DNA from: Octopus sinensis
Taxonomy: Eukaryota
Length of the DNA: 64,000 bases
Assembly: GCF_006345805.1 (NCBI RefSeq)
Contig: NC_043005.1
Coordinates: 97,278,001 to 97,342,000 of the forward strand
Direction of reading: 5' to 3'
This document shows positions 51,048-64,000 of this stretch, piece by piece. Below the pieces are notes generated by a model. It did not search any database. It had not been told where the DNA came from and saw only the letters and a list, made by a program, of their open reading frames with translations. How positions within the stretch are numbered: the stretch's first letter is position 1; each line of letters starts with the position of its first letter. The position numbers were made by a program, and so were the translations under genes.

Positions 51048-52123
51048 GCCCATAACCTACGAGACCTCTTGGTCCACAGCTTCTTCCCCAACCCTACTTC
51101 CCAACCTGGCTCGTTCCCCTGCTCCCGCCCACGCTGCCGCACTTGTCCTTACCTCTCCAACACCACCCTCCTCACCGGCACCCATCATCGACTCCTTCAC
51201 CTGCACCTCCAGCAATATCATCTATTGCATCTCCTGCTCTCTCTGCCATTCCCTGTACATCGGACAAACGGGACGCCGCTTGGCTGACCGGTTCGCGGAA
51301 CACCTCCGAGACATCCGCCTCGTTAATGACACTCCAGTCTCACGCCATTTCCACTCCACCGGTCACTCCTTGGAACACCTGTCTGTGTTCGGATTGTCCT
51401 TGCACAGAGGCCATCCCGCTTGCGCCGTGAACAGGGATTAATCTTCTCTCTTCGCTCTTTTACGCCATTTGGGCTCAACTCTCCCCCCTTTTCATCTAAC
51501 CTCCTCCCCGACTCCTACTTCTCTTCACTCCTACATCTTTTCACCCCTACTCTCTTTCCCTCTTCATCCCTTCTTCCACTTCTTCTCTCTTCTTTCCTCT
51601 TCCCCTCTACTCTCTTTCCCTCTTCTCCCCTACTCTCTTCTCCCTTCTCTCTGCTCCCTCACTCCCCTTCTCTCCCCTCTCCCCCTCCCTCCTCCTCTCC
51701 CCTCATCACTACACACTACACCATACAACATTACACATCACATCACAACACACCACCCACCCCCACATCTCCACACCCACACATACATACACACACACGT
51801 CCAGACCACTAGCCCTCTTTCACACGCACAAACATACTCTCTTATACACACACGCACCTTTGTGTTGGGGGCACCTTCGTATTGGAAGTCACTTAACCCT
51901 GTTATCTCACCTACTGTCCGAAGTCAGGACACCATGATAGATCGTTAGCTCCTACACGCATTGTTTTTCTCTCCTTGTTTTTTTCTGTGTATCTTTCTGT
52001 CGAAGAGCGTAGGCTCGAAACGTAAAAGACTTTTTCTATTCCTGAGCACTATACTAATACATTTGTTTCTTTGTACTCCACCTGCCTTCGTCTTTTGTTT
52101 ATTTTCGTAAACTTTCCCTTTAC
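51048..52123 (+). mobile_element. Penelope-like retroelement 3' fragment: GIY-YIG endonuclease pseudogene (two frameshifts), CT/CA-rich 3' region, HHR-like motif and (TA)n
   Basis: HNLRDLLVHS...PCSRPRCRTCPYL / FTCTSSNIIYCISCSLCHSLYIGQTGRRLADRFAEHLRDI...PVSRHF / REQGLIFSLRSFTPFGLN is typical PLE linker plus GIY-YIG sequence. Confidence 0.9.
51992..52029 (+). ncRNA. Degenerate minimal hammerhead-like motif
   Basis: tcttt-CTGTCGAA-gagc(gtag)gctc-GAAA-C-GTA-aaaga. Stems I and II are intact and stem III is the loopless palindrome ACGT. The core deviates (A6 to U, plus an extra A). Confidence 0.45.
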
Positions 52124-52357
<234 letters not shown>

Positions 52358-53960
52358 CATCATCATCATCATCATCATCATTTAACGTCCGCTTTCCATG
52401 CTAGCATGGGTTGGACGGTTCAACTGGGCTCTGGGGAGCCCGAAGGCTGCACCAGGCCAGTCAGATCTGGCAGTGTTTCTACAGCTGGATGCCCTTCCTA
52501 ACGCCAACCACTCCGAGAGTGTAGTGGGTGATTTTATGTGCCACCGACACATGTGCCAGACGAGGCTGGCGAACGGCCACGCTCGGATGGTGTTTTTTAT
52601 GTGCCACCGACACAGGTGCCAGACGAGGCTGGCAGACGGCCACGCTCGGATGGTGTTTTTATGTGCCACCGACACAGGTGCCAGATGAGGCTGGCGAACG
52701 GCCACGATCGGATGGTGTTTGTTACGTGCCCACAGCACGGAGGCCAGTCGATGTGGTACTGGCTACGGCCACGTTCGGATGGTTTCTTGTGTGCCACCGG
52801 CACTGGTACCACAGAGATACAAATTCCATTGATGTTCATCTATTTTGATTTGTTTTGATTTCCACTTGCCTCAACAGGTCTTCACAAGTGTCACAAGAAG
52901 GAAGGTATGCACAGGTGGACTTACTACGTCCCAGGTAGGGGCCACGGGTTATGGCCTGACTAGTCTTGCCGGGTCTTCGGATGGTGTTTTTATGTGCCAC
53001 CGACATAGCTGCCAGATGAGGCTGGCGAACGGCCACGATCGGATGGTGTTTGTTACGTGCCCACAGCACGGAGGCCAGTCGATGCGGTACTGGCTACGGC
53101 CACGTTCGGATGGTTTTCTTGTGTGCCACCGGCACTGGTACCACAAAGATACAAATTCCATTGATGTTCATCTATTTTGATTTGTTTTGATTTGATTTTG
53201 ATTTTGATTTTCACTTGCCTCAACAGGTCTTCACAAGTATCACAAGAAGGAAGGTATGCACAGGTGGACTGACTACGTCCCAGGTAGGGGTCACAGGTTA
53301 TGGCCTGACTAGTCTTGCCGGATCTTCGGATGGTGTTTTTATGTGCCACCGACACAGGTGCCAGATGAGGCTGGCGAACGGCCACGATCGGATGGTGTTT
53401 GTTATGTGCCCACAGCACGATGGCCAGTCGATGCGGTACTGGCTACGGCCACATTCGGATGGATTTCTTGTGTGCCACCGGCACTGGTACCACAAAGATA
53501 CAAATTCCATTGATGTTCATCTATTTTGATTTGTTTTGATTTTCACTTGCCTCAGCAGGTCTTCACAAGTGTCACAAGAAGGAAAGTATGCACAGGTGGA
53601 CCAACTACGTCCCAGGTAGGGGCCACGGGTTATGGCCTGACTAGTCCTGCCGGGTCCTCTCATGCACAGCACACTTCCATAGGACTCGGTCTCTGGTCAT
53701 TTCCTTGGTGAGACCTAAAGTTCGAAGGTCGTGCTTCGCCACCTCGTCCCAGGTTTTCCTGGGTCTACCTCTTCCACAGGTTCCCTCAACTGCTAGGGTG
53801 TAGCACTTTTGCACACAACTATCTTCAGCCATTCTCGCCACATGACCATACCAGCGCAGCCGTCTCTCTTGCACACCACAACTGACGCTTCTTAGGTTCA
53901 ACTTTTCTCTCAAGGTACTTACACTCTGACGATTATGAACACTGACATTACACATCCATC
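52358..53960 (-). mobile_element. 5'-truncated RTE-clade LINE: ORF2 C-terminus, 3' UTR with tandem triplication, and (TGA)n tail
   Basis: ORF 53641-53955 contains RRLRWYGHVARM...GRGRPRKTWDEV...DRVLWK (RTE C-terminus). Three ~330-350-bp units start at 52650, 52981 and 53330. The tail appears as (CAT)n at 52358-52380 on +. Confidence 0.9.
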
Positions 53961-54026
53961 AGAGCATACTGGCTTCATTTCTTGCGAGCTTACATATATA
54001 TATATATATATATACATACATACATA

Positions 54027-54058
<32 letters not shown>

Positions 54059-54063
54059 CATAC

Positions 54064-54117
<54 letters not shown>

Positions 54118-54122
54118 GAGTA

Positions 54123-54281
54123 TACGACGGGATTCTTTCAGTTTCCGTCTACCAAATCCACTCACAAGGCTTTGGTCAGCCCGAGGCTATAGTAGACACT
54201 TGCCCAAGGTGCCACGCAGTGGGACTGAACCCGGAACCATGTGGTTCGTAAGCAAGCTACATATCGCACAGCCACTCCTAC
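54123..54281 (-). mobile_element. SINE family 1, 5' half (other halves or fragments at ~1340-1470, 2686-2797, 3700-3850, 24745-24950, 28621-28735, 28860-28945, 35288-35435)
   Basis: Reverse-complement homology to the tRNA head and body. Confidence 0.8.
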
Positions 54282-54560
54282 GCCTATATTAATAAGAATT
54301 TTCCTATGAACCCATTTATACAAACCTAATTGTAATTGATGTTATAAATAAAACTTGATTTGATATGCATAAATTACTGCCCGAGCACAGCGTATTTTCA
54401 TTGTATCTTCTACTAATCCATTTTTTAGCCTGTATTCACAACATTTGAGAGGGAAAAACCCACACTGCTTAAATTCTTTCACTCTTGAGCTACATAGATC
54501 TGGTCTAGGTCAATATTGTGCAATTTGAGGGAGGTTAAGATGGCTATTTCTTACCGGTCA

Positions 54561-54940
54561 AAGGCGGCGAGTCAGCAGAATCCTTAGCACGCCGGGTGAA
54601 ATGCTTAGCGGTATTTCGTCTGCCGCTATGTTCTGAGTTCAAATTCCGCCGAGGTCGACTTTGCCTTTCATCCTTTCGGGGTCAATAAATTAAGTACCAG
54701 TTATGCACCGGGGTTGATATAATCGACTTAATCCTCTGTCTGTCCTTGTTTGTCCACTCTGTGTTTAGCCCCTTGTAGGTAGTAAAGAAATAGGTATTTC
54801 GTCTGTTTTGAGTTCAAATTCCTCCTTCGTCGATTTTGGGCCGATGAAATAAGTATCAGTTGAACACTGGGGTTGATTATGTCGACTAACCCCGTCTCCC
54901 AAAATTTCAGGCCTAGCGCCTACAGTAGAAAGGATTATTT
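54561..54940 (+). mobile_element. SINE family 2 composite with the same architecture as 26331-26715
   Basis: The second body restarts at ggtatttcgtctg (~54792) after aaagaaata. Confidence 0.8.
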
Positions 54941-55309
54941 CAAACTAGTCAAGTGACAAGATAGAAGTTGTATTGTTGAATCATACAATGAAAGTGGGAA
55001 AGAGACTAATCGACACCAGTACATTGCTGGTACTTTATTGATCCTGAAAGGATGAAAAGAAAAGTTTACCCCCCAACAGGATTTGAACACTCAACAAAGC
55101 CAGCTGGAATGAATACCACAAGGGCATTGTATCAAGTGCTTCAACGATTCTGCCAAATCGTCACTAAATATACAGGATAAAGTTGATGATTGTTTTTTCT
55201 TTTATGTCTCTCTTTTTCAGGAACAGCTTCATGTATTGGTTAACAGGCAACAGTTTTAAAGAGTGTAACGATTAAAATTGTAGTTGAAAAAAAGTTAGTT
55301 GGCAAGGAG

Positions 55310-55640
55310 AACTGGAAGCCATCTAAATACTGGAAGAAAAGAGACGTGTCATGGGAATTTGCGCTGGGTGTCATGAGTGCTGCTCGATGCTCTGTGAACA
55401 TTGTAAAGGCTGTAAGACGTGATAGGGACATCATGGAAACCAAGTTCCCCCAAACTGTACTGTGTGTCTCCAGAGAGGGTGGTGCCATGCAGCCCTACAT
55501 CTCTGAACAGGCCTTAAGTTCAATTCAGATGGCTATGTAAAGCTGCTGGGGACTGTAGTGAAGCCCAAGATGGAAAGGGTTCTTGATAAATGTTGTATGT
55601 GGTAGTATGATCCGGCTGCTTGTCATACATTCAGAAAAAA
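55310..55640 (+). mobile_element. Decayed Tc1/mariner-superfamily (maT/DD37D-like) transposase fragment
   Basis: METKFPQTV..VSREG.AMQPYI / LKFNSDGYVKLLGTVVKP.MERV...W*YDPAACHT. Confidence 0.65.
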
Positions 55641-55905
55641 AAAAAAAGAGTCAAAAGTATGACTTTAAATGGTTCTCAAGTAATTCATACTTTGAGTAAG
55701 CTGTTACCTCTCAGCCATAATCTAGATGGTTTTTTTAAATTTTTTTAAAATACTTTTATTTTGGGATGGGATATTATTTTCTTATACTTTTATACAAAAT
55801 GTCATATTTAGCCCAAACACCTTGTACACATGAAAACATTGGAATCAAAATTAGTTGATGGGTTTTAAGTAACTCAGAATTAGAAAAAAAAAGAACATTT
55901 TTAAG

Positions 55906-56870
55906 CGCAGGTGTGGTTGTGTCGATAAGAAGCTTCCTTTAACGACATGGTTTTGGGTTCAGTCTCACTCTGTGACACCTTGTGTCTCCTAGTATATAGA
56001 CCAGGTTGAGCGATGTCCTGTGAGTGAATTTGGAAAACAGAAACTGTGTGGAAGCCTGTCATATATATGTGTATCGGTAAGGCAGCGAGCTGGCAGAAAC
56101 GTTAGCACGCCGGGCGAAATGCATAGCAGTATTTTGTCTGTTGTTACGTTCTGAGTTCAAATTCCGCCAAGGTCAACTTTGCCTTTCATCCTTTCAGGGT
56201 CGATAAATAAAGTGCCAGTTTAACACTGGAGTTGATGTAATCGACTTAATCTCTTTGTCTGTTCTTGTTTGTCCCCTAGGCAGTTGGATGGAACCTACAC
56301 TCGCCTCCTTATGAGAGCTTAAAATCTCTCGTGGAAGCGTCATCCAACCAAAATGCAAATATATGGGAAACTACCACCTGTGTCATCTCTTGTGAAAGGT
56401 AGAAGAGTCCAGTTTGCTGGACATTGTTGTAGAGCTGAAAATGAGGCAATTTCTACTCTTCTCCTCTGGAAGCCATCTACTCACAATACCAGAGGGCACA
56501 CACTCTCCTACCCTGATGTAATCTCCAGGGATACAGGCATCCAGCAACAGGACCTCCGTAATGCTATGATGGACCACGGTCGAACAATGATGATGATGAT
56601 TGTCCCCTCTATGTTTAGCCCCTTGTGGGCAGTAAAGAAATATACATGTGTATCGGTGTGTGTTTGTTTCGCCTCACCACTTGACGGTTGTTTGTTTACA
56701 TCATTGTAACTCATCAGTTTGACAAAAGACACCAAGAGAGTAAGTACCAGAGTTAAAAACAAGGACTGGAGCCAATTTGTTTGACTAAAATCTTTGAAGG
56801 CAGTGCCCCAACATGGCCGCAGTACAATGGTAGAAACAAGCGAAAGATAAAAGAGAAAAGGAATAAAAAA
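55906..56870 (+). mobile_element. Diverged SINE family 1 copy split by a nested SINE family 2 copy (56079-56641), itself split by the RTE-X fragment
   Basis: TSD atgtgtatcggt at 56067-56078 and 56646-56657. Confidence 0.75.
56278..56599 (+). mobile_element. 5'-truncated RTE-X-like LINE fragment with (TGA)n tail and 9-bp TSD
   Basis: LDGTYTRLLMRA*NLSWKRHPT...RRVQFAGHCCRA...LLLWKP...SYPDVISRDTG. TSD ttgtcccct at 56269-56277 and 56600-56608. Confidence 0.8.
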
Positions 56871-56879
56871 TAACACAGA

Positions 56880-57754
56880 AACCAATTAAGTGAAATTATA
56901 ACATTTATCAAAGCATTTTCCACAAAATAATTGAGCAGAACTACAGATTTATGATGACTTTAATGGAAATATGTGATTTGAGTGAGGAGACATGTTACAT
57001 GATGAATTAGCATGAAAAGAAAACAAAAGTGGCATAACGAGAAATATCTTGGAAAAAATGGCAAAATAGAATACATCAATTTTCAGGATAGTAGTCGGAC
57101 AAAAATATCTCACAGTTTTATATTTAAATGTATATAGTGATAAACAAAAATTCATTTTTAAGCGCTAGAATATATAGAACATATAAATATATTCAAAATG
57201 GACAAAAACAAAAACGGACTTTTTTTGGAGCCAAAATGTAAATAATATTAAAAAAGAAATTAATAAACTTTAGGTGGTAACATTGTAACAAGCCTCTGTT
57301 GTAAATTAGTGGAATAATCGAAATAAATTCATTTCAAAACAGAAAACAAATATATAAAATATATCGATATCGAGGGTGTGTGTGTGTGCAAAAACATGGA
57401 AGAGAGAGTTTGATTCTCTCTCTCTATGCATGAAAATGTCTTTCAAATGGAAGGCAGAGTAGTGGGGAGAAAACATTTAGTGTCTCTTTCATGATGTATC
57501 CCAAATGTGAAGCCAGCTATGATTTATTATTTAAAGCTGCATTTGTATTAAAGGTACATTGGGAAAGAAAGAGACTTATTTTCATTTTTCTCAATGCTTC
57601 TAAAATTATATTCATTTAATATAATAATTTTATTTTCCAACAGATTTTAGAGAAACCGATGGTTAAACTAAACAATTAATGGAGATTTTTATGTTGTTAA
57701 TTGTGTTTTGTGACATTTAACTTCACAACTGTGAAACAGAAAGCAAGAAGTCAC

Positions 57755-57793
<39 letters not shown>

Positions 57794-60700
57794 GATTTTC
57801 AAATGTCATCAAAATGTCACGATTTCATATCAAGCTTTACTGTGATGACGTCCAAAGGCAGGATCACTTGAGCTGATTTTTTTTTCTTTTTTCTAGAGTG
57901 GATTACACTAATATTAATTGAAGCTGTTGCTGTATGAACTCTAATTGGTTTGGTTCACATAGACCAGCACCATAGAGGTGACCAATCAAATGAACTGAGG
58001 AGACCACTATTTAGATCCACTGCACCAGGTATGTCATGGTTTGATCTTTTATGAGAATTCACTGCACATGGTAAAATACAATGTCAGGATCAGTATTAAT
58101 TCTTGAATTTCCAAGAAATGTATTTCGGTAGATGTGAATTAGTCTCAACTCAAATGAATCAGAAATAGTCAAGAACAGAACTAAATAAAAGAACTTTCCA
58201 GAATAGGATCACTCGGTAAAGGGTCCTTTACATCTCTAGTGGTGCCATAGCAACATAAAAGATGGTATATATTTCATGGAATAATAAAATCAAATTTAAC
58301 GTTAGTCTACTTCAGAATGTTTTGTGTTGGCATTATTATATTTTTATTTATTTTTTTTAATATTTTTATTTTTTTATAGACACTGTTTATTATTTGAAGA
58401 AATGGCAGTTTTCGTCTTAACAATGGCAAAATGGAATAATAAAAATTTATTGAATATTTTTCAAAAGACTGATATTGTAAAATGATCAGCATAAAAATTC
58501 TGTAAGCAATAGGTAGACTGAGTTCCACAAAAAGGGTAAAAAATAAACAAAACGGAGCTATTTTCCTGTATTAGTAGGTTCAAATCAAAAACATATCCAT
58601 GATTTTTTGTGGAATATAGAAGCCAGGCAGATGGTAAAGTAACCACTGATGAGACATAGATAAATTAAGCAATCTGAACAAATTTTTTTATTTTTTCCTC
58701 TTAAACACGAAGTACAGTAAAACACAAAATTTCAACATATTTGAAAAATGTCAACATGATATTCAAAGAAAAAAAATTGTAAAAGTTATATTAATAAAAT
58801 GTGATTTATAACATTTTCATTACAACTGCTCGTGCATAAGGTGAGCTTACATGTGTATCACACACGTGTACCATAGGGTGAGCTTTTATGCATACCATAA
58901 TGCAAACTTAAATGCATACTAAAAGCATGAGTTTACAGAAGTACACATACAAGAGGGCATGAAATGAACATCTGGTGATCTTAGTCAAAAATAATTGTTG
59001 CTATACATTATTAAAATTTCAGACACAAGAACAAATAAAGATATTGTCTTTACATGAAGGTAAAAGCTTGAGATTAAATTCTATTTTTTAATATTTATTT
59101 TTAATTAAGCCAGAAATTTTGAGGAGAAGGGAATACTTAACTGGTATTTTATTTTATTAATCCAGATGTGTAACCCCAGAGTTAGTCCTCACCAGGATTT
59201 GAATTCAGAATGTAGAGCCAAAAGAAACGCCACATGACATTTATTTTTTATGCTCCAGGGGTTCTGGAAATCCATCATCTACGTATAATAATAATAACAA
59301 TAATAATAAAAATATTGGTTTCAAATTTTGCCACAAGGGCAGCAATTTGGAGGGAGGGGACTAGTCGATTACATCAACCCCAGTGTTCAACTGGTACTTA
59401 TTTTATTGACCCCAAAAGGATGAAAGACAAATTTGACCTTGGCAGCATTTGAACTCTGAACATAAAGCTAAAGGGAAATGCTGCTGAGCATTTTTTCAGT
59501 GTGGTAAGAATTCTACCAGCTCAGTGCCTTATTTATAACAAAAAAAAAAAAATAAATAAAAGGAAGCATTGCATTAAAATTTAAAGAAACCAAATATATT
59601 AAACAAAAATTCTAATTTAAATATTCAGCTTTAGTTATCAGCTAAACACTATTGAACCTCCAAGCAGACTGAGAAATAGAAGATCTCAAACTTCAGGTTA
59701 GTCAACATGGATTAAGAATACCAACAACTGTTGTTCACAATTGCAAACTCAGATCCAATAATTAATTTGTATCATATTTATCTTACTTTTAAGCAGAAAC
59801 ATAAAAATCACATGCCTTTGTGTATGCGCGTGCATGTGTAAATGTATGAGAGTGTGTGATCTCTTTGTTATAGTTAAGATGCTGGGGGGGGGGTTTAAGA
59901 TTTCTGAAATCAGTGTTGTCCAGGTTTTAGCTCTAAGCAGGGGGGCACTCGTACAGATACAGTTGATAGAAAAGTTCTATACAGAATGACTTAATGATGA
60001 TCACAACAGTAGAACAAGTCAAAGGTGGACAGCACTCCAGAACAGTCCAAAAAATAACAAAGCTATTCACTTCATGACAAAGGATTATGACATGTTTTTG
60101 GTAGTAGCTCGTGTTCCTGAGATTTCTGTAAGTGTGCCATCCAGATCTTAATGCATAGTAGGAACAAGCCATATTTATGTTACACTTATGTTGCATAATG
60201 ATGATGCGTCAAAAAAAAAAAAAGATTGTGCTGTGGATGATTCTAGTCACAAACCAGTTCAAACGATGTAGTGATCACTATATCATCATCACTATATTGT
60301 CACACTAAGGACATTAAAAAAAATAGGGACCATTGAACAACCCAAACTAAAGAACAATTTAAAGCTTAGTTTACTTCATTCTTCCCAAGGGAGTTTTCAT
60401 TAGACAGCTTCCAAGTTATATTAATATGTGTTTGGCTACAGAAATGTTACTGTTACAAAAGAACTAAGTTGTCTTTCTTAAAATTAATCTGGCAAACAAA
60501 ATGTGACAGACATAAAAATGCAATAATTTCTGAAAAAGCAACTGACAAGGCAAAGAACAAGGTTTAAAGTTTCAAATAGGAAACCAAATTGTCAGTAACT
60601 CCCTGTGAGTAGATTGATAACACTATGGATATCCTCCTAATGCAGTGTTTCTCAAAGCGACTTGGTGAGGCTTGGTGATATTTTGATATGGCATGGGTTA

Positions 60701-62373
60701 CTTCAAACTAGAGTGTCAGTAGTAAGCAAATAAAACTTACATGGTGTCAGCATGTTTTTTTTTGTTTGTTTTGTGCGTGTGTGCATGTTTTTTAAACCGG
60801 GGTAGACCATGGAAGAGAAAAAAGGTGAGTAATACTGTTCTAATGCCTTGTTAGCAGTCAAACACCAACAGTTGTTAAGTGGTAAGTTCCACCTCTGGAT
60901 TTACTTAGGATTAAAAAGAGAGAATTCCTTTGCTTACTTTCTCACAATACAATAGCATCTCTCAACAAAGGATAAAGTAGCTCTTTTGGTTAGGAGGAGA
61001 GATTTTATAACCTGAGAAAGGAAAATCAGCAGCAAGGATATATTTCTTCTCACCAATTCTGCTAAATGCAATCATAACATCATGTAAACAGTCTCTTCTG
61101 ACAGTAAAGCAAAATCAAAGTTGTTTGCCCAACCACACTCTAAATATCAATAATCTATAGACATTATTGTTATTTAAATCCAACATCCATCTAGTACAAG
61201 GATGCTGTTGCACATATACAAACATATATAAGACAGCATTAGAAAGCAATTCAACAGATTGGCAAAGAAATCTGACCTCTCACTTCTATCAGCCTCTCAA
61301 CAACAGCCATACCAGCTGCACAACCTGATGCATACAAACTATATCAACTGAAGCCCTCCTGTTGTCTCTTAATGCATTAACTTTCTTATATCCCTGGATA
61401 AACAATGCACTACTCTCTCATCTTCCGAAATGCATCACTTTGCAACATCCCTTGCTGCTCATATTTTTTTTCAGTAGATGTTGACACTTGAACATAAATC
61501 AGACCAATATCACTGGTCTGGGAGTGTGACCTACAAATGTTATAGGCACTAAACTAAAACAAAAATCAAATTCGAAGGGCTATGATTTGCATGGAACTGC
61601 AATGCTTACTGAATCCCCTTCACACTATCCAAAAGACTGATGAAAAAGATGAGGTCTCATAAGCCTGAAAACCAGCTGGAAAATAAACTAAATTTAGCAA
61701 TACCTTCACATCTCAAACCTGGACAAGCTTTCATTAAAAATACTTAGCTAATATAATCTTTTATATGTAATTATCAAAATGATATGGGGAGTGGATGCCC
61801 TGCCATATGATAACTTATAAACATTGTCTTTCATCTCTTTTATTAGGACATTATTAGTTTACTGCAGAAATCCCCACAGCAGCAACAGTCTTTATTTCAC
61901 TGGATACAACACTTTGTGTACATATGTGTGTGTGTGTGTGTGTAACCACATTTTTTTGTTTTGTAGTTAGTCCAGTTTTCTTCAATTTTCTATTGAAGAA
62001 AAACCTTAGCCAATTAAGAATTTGAACTTGTGAGAAAAAAAAAATTATTCAATTATGTGTACTTGTCAAAAAACCCAATTTAGAAAGCTTTTGTGAGCAA
62101 ATCATTAATATGTGAAATGTTGTATTTAGACTGAAGCATGCAATGAATATCACATTGAAATCATAAAAAAATATAAACAAAAACCTTCTGAGAAAAGTCT
62201 TTAGCAACAGCACAGGTTCAAATAGCTGTGTGGCAAACATTTTACATTTCTTCATTTTTCAAAACATTTTGGCAACGGAGAAGACAAAAAATCAAATTAA
62301 CATAATCTTGAAAAGTAGGTAACATTTGCTCAAGATTAAAATAAGAAATACAGACAAACACACACACACACAC

Positions 62374-62417
<44 letters not shown>

Positions 62418-63306
62418 TTGCAGAATATATCAAACTTGAAATAAAACATAACCAGAAGAAAAAGTAGTTTACATATTCATATATGTATATATTTGTGTGT
62501 ATGTATATATTTATACATACTTCGAAATGATATCAACCGGGTACTGAAATAAGAAGATACAGAGAAATGACTTATGAATAATTAATTTTACTCCCTATTC
62601 ACTTTTGTTAACTGATAGCAATGTTTTTGACTGATTTATCTACTAACAGAAATTTTTTTAGTGATGTGGCACAAGACCATACATTTGTAGGAAAGAAAAA
62701 AATAAGTGGATGTTTTGACATGTGTGCCTTTCCCAAGGAGAATAAGTAGAACAAGAACCTTCTGGTGGCATTCTTTCAGAACTGGAACCAGCTCCTGTGA
62801 TCGGGTTCATAAGGAGCTTACATCTCACTTCATGCTGCTCCTCCTAGTATTTCTACCATCATTATCAGCCAAATAAAATGTTCTCTACAAAATTTAATGG
62901 GAAGACACTAAAAGGATGCTATGAGGTCACACATCTTCCACTAGGGCCAGAGTGGTATATAGAGAAATCTGTTGATATTTCATGGAGATTTTGAGGGAAT
63001 ATATAGCTTTTCTTTTTTTTTTTCAGTGAATGTTGCTGAATATGAGTTCATGATCAGATTCTATGTTTGATTCTAGGCAAGGATCTTCCTTGTGTGAAAT
63101 GAATTTCTGGATGTAAAGAAGTTGAACATGCACTTGTTATGTCAGCTTTTCTTATCTAACGAATTTATAAGAGTGGTGATACTTATGAGTATTATTATAA
63201 TGATAATAATAATAATAATAATCAGCCTTCATTGGAGTAGTAGTAGTAATTGTAGTAGTAAAAAGCATCATCATTTTATGAAGACAGACGAAAGAAATAA
63301 AACAGT
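56880..63306 (-). other. Putative long 3' UTR of the minus-strand gene
   Basis: Directly follows the stop codon. Largely unique and much poorer in microsatellites and TEs than the first 56 kb. The minus strand is U-rich with several AATAAA candidates (e.g. TTTATT on + near 57523). True end unknown. Confidence 0.35.
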
Positions 63307-63431
63307 TCAAGGCATGGAATAGGGAGGTGGTGGATGTGGAGGAGGAGGTCCTTGTGAGTAGAAGCCTGGTGGTGGCGGTTGTTGTGGTGGCATAGCAGGT
63401 GGCATACCTGGTGGCGGCATATGTGGTGCAC
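63307..63431 (-). CDS. Terminal coding exon of a proline-rich protein (GAPHMPPPGMPPAMPPQQPPPPGFYSQGPPPPHPPPPYSMP*); upstream exons lie outside the window or were not identified
   Basis: On the minus strand a T-rich tract ends in TTTTTTCAG (acceptor at 63432-63434). A phase-1 open frame of 2+123 nt follows and ends in TGA at 63307-63309. It is a GC-rich island with Pro/Gly/Met coding bias in AT-rich flanks. Protein family not recognised. Confidence 0.75.
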
Positions 63432-64000
63432 CTGAAAAAAATAAATAAGTAAACTAGTTATGATAAGCCCACACACACACACACACAAAATTAAATATTG
63501 TTTCAAAATGTAATGTATGCTTTTCCAGACTATTCTGGATAAAAACATCTTTTATGAAATTTTTTGGAATGGTTTATCTTGAAGCAGATAAAGCTATAAA
63601 TAATAGTGTGTAAATATTGGGTTAAAAAAAACCCTGGATAGAAAAAGCCAAAGACTGCATGTGGGATACAAATCCATATCTCCTGTAAATATGACATGTT
63701 GTACCACAGGGCCAAAGCAATCCTTTGATTTTCTCTATCTTATGACATGAAGAACATTTTTTTAATGTTTTTATTCAGAATCTAATCACCATCTGTTCAC
63801 AAATTCCCCAAGAAATATAGAAATGGAACTCCTATGTTTTTCTTATACACAAAAACCGAAGCTCAACTACAACATCCACATCAATCAAATCACAACCTTC
63901 AAAGACCTACAACCTTTCTTTTTTTGACTAAATTTTCTTTTTAAATCCTGAAAATTATTAAAGAATATACATGTTAGCCCATCAAAGTAGCAGAGAAACC

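Noticed and set aside
52530-53656. Regularly spaced GC-rich repeats as a CRISPR array or as HDV-like ribozymes (hairpin followed by GCGAAC)
   Set aside because: The context is eukaryotic LINE 3' UTR with no unique spacers or cas genes. There is no room for HDV P3/L3, and the motif is antisense to the LINE.

Overview
Eukaryotic, AT-rich, extremely microsatellite- and transposon-dense DNA. Its SINE, LINE and Penelope content looks like an Octopus (coleoid cephalopod) genome; this is an inference from repeat style, not a database match. Only one host coding exon is well supported: a proline-rich terminal exon on the minus strand at 63307-63431, probably followed by a long 3' UTR. The rest is a mosaic of tRNA-derived SINEs (three families), decayed LINEs (two R4/Dong-type families, HERO, Tx1/L1-like, RTE, RTE-X), Penelope-like elements (PLEs), Tc1/mariner/maT and piggyBac relics, non-autonomous Helitrons and foldback elements. 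Three observations stand out. (1) A ~5.2 kb near-perfect palindrome (8849-14036) has a hammerhead-ribozyme (HHR) motif near each outer end and a 5-nt loop at its centre. (2) Eight HHR-like motifs from about six different PLE-type families occur, several with a CCGANGA core and one with a ~94-nt stem II insertion, all close to (TA)n arrays. (3) Different retroelements appear to partition the microsatellite types: PLEs at (TA)n, Dong family A and a ~555-bp non-coding element at (TAA)n, and R4 family B at (TACA)n. Almost all ORFs in the supplied track are simple-repeat artefacts. Coordinates were counted by eye and repeat boundaries may be off by several bases.
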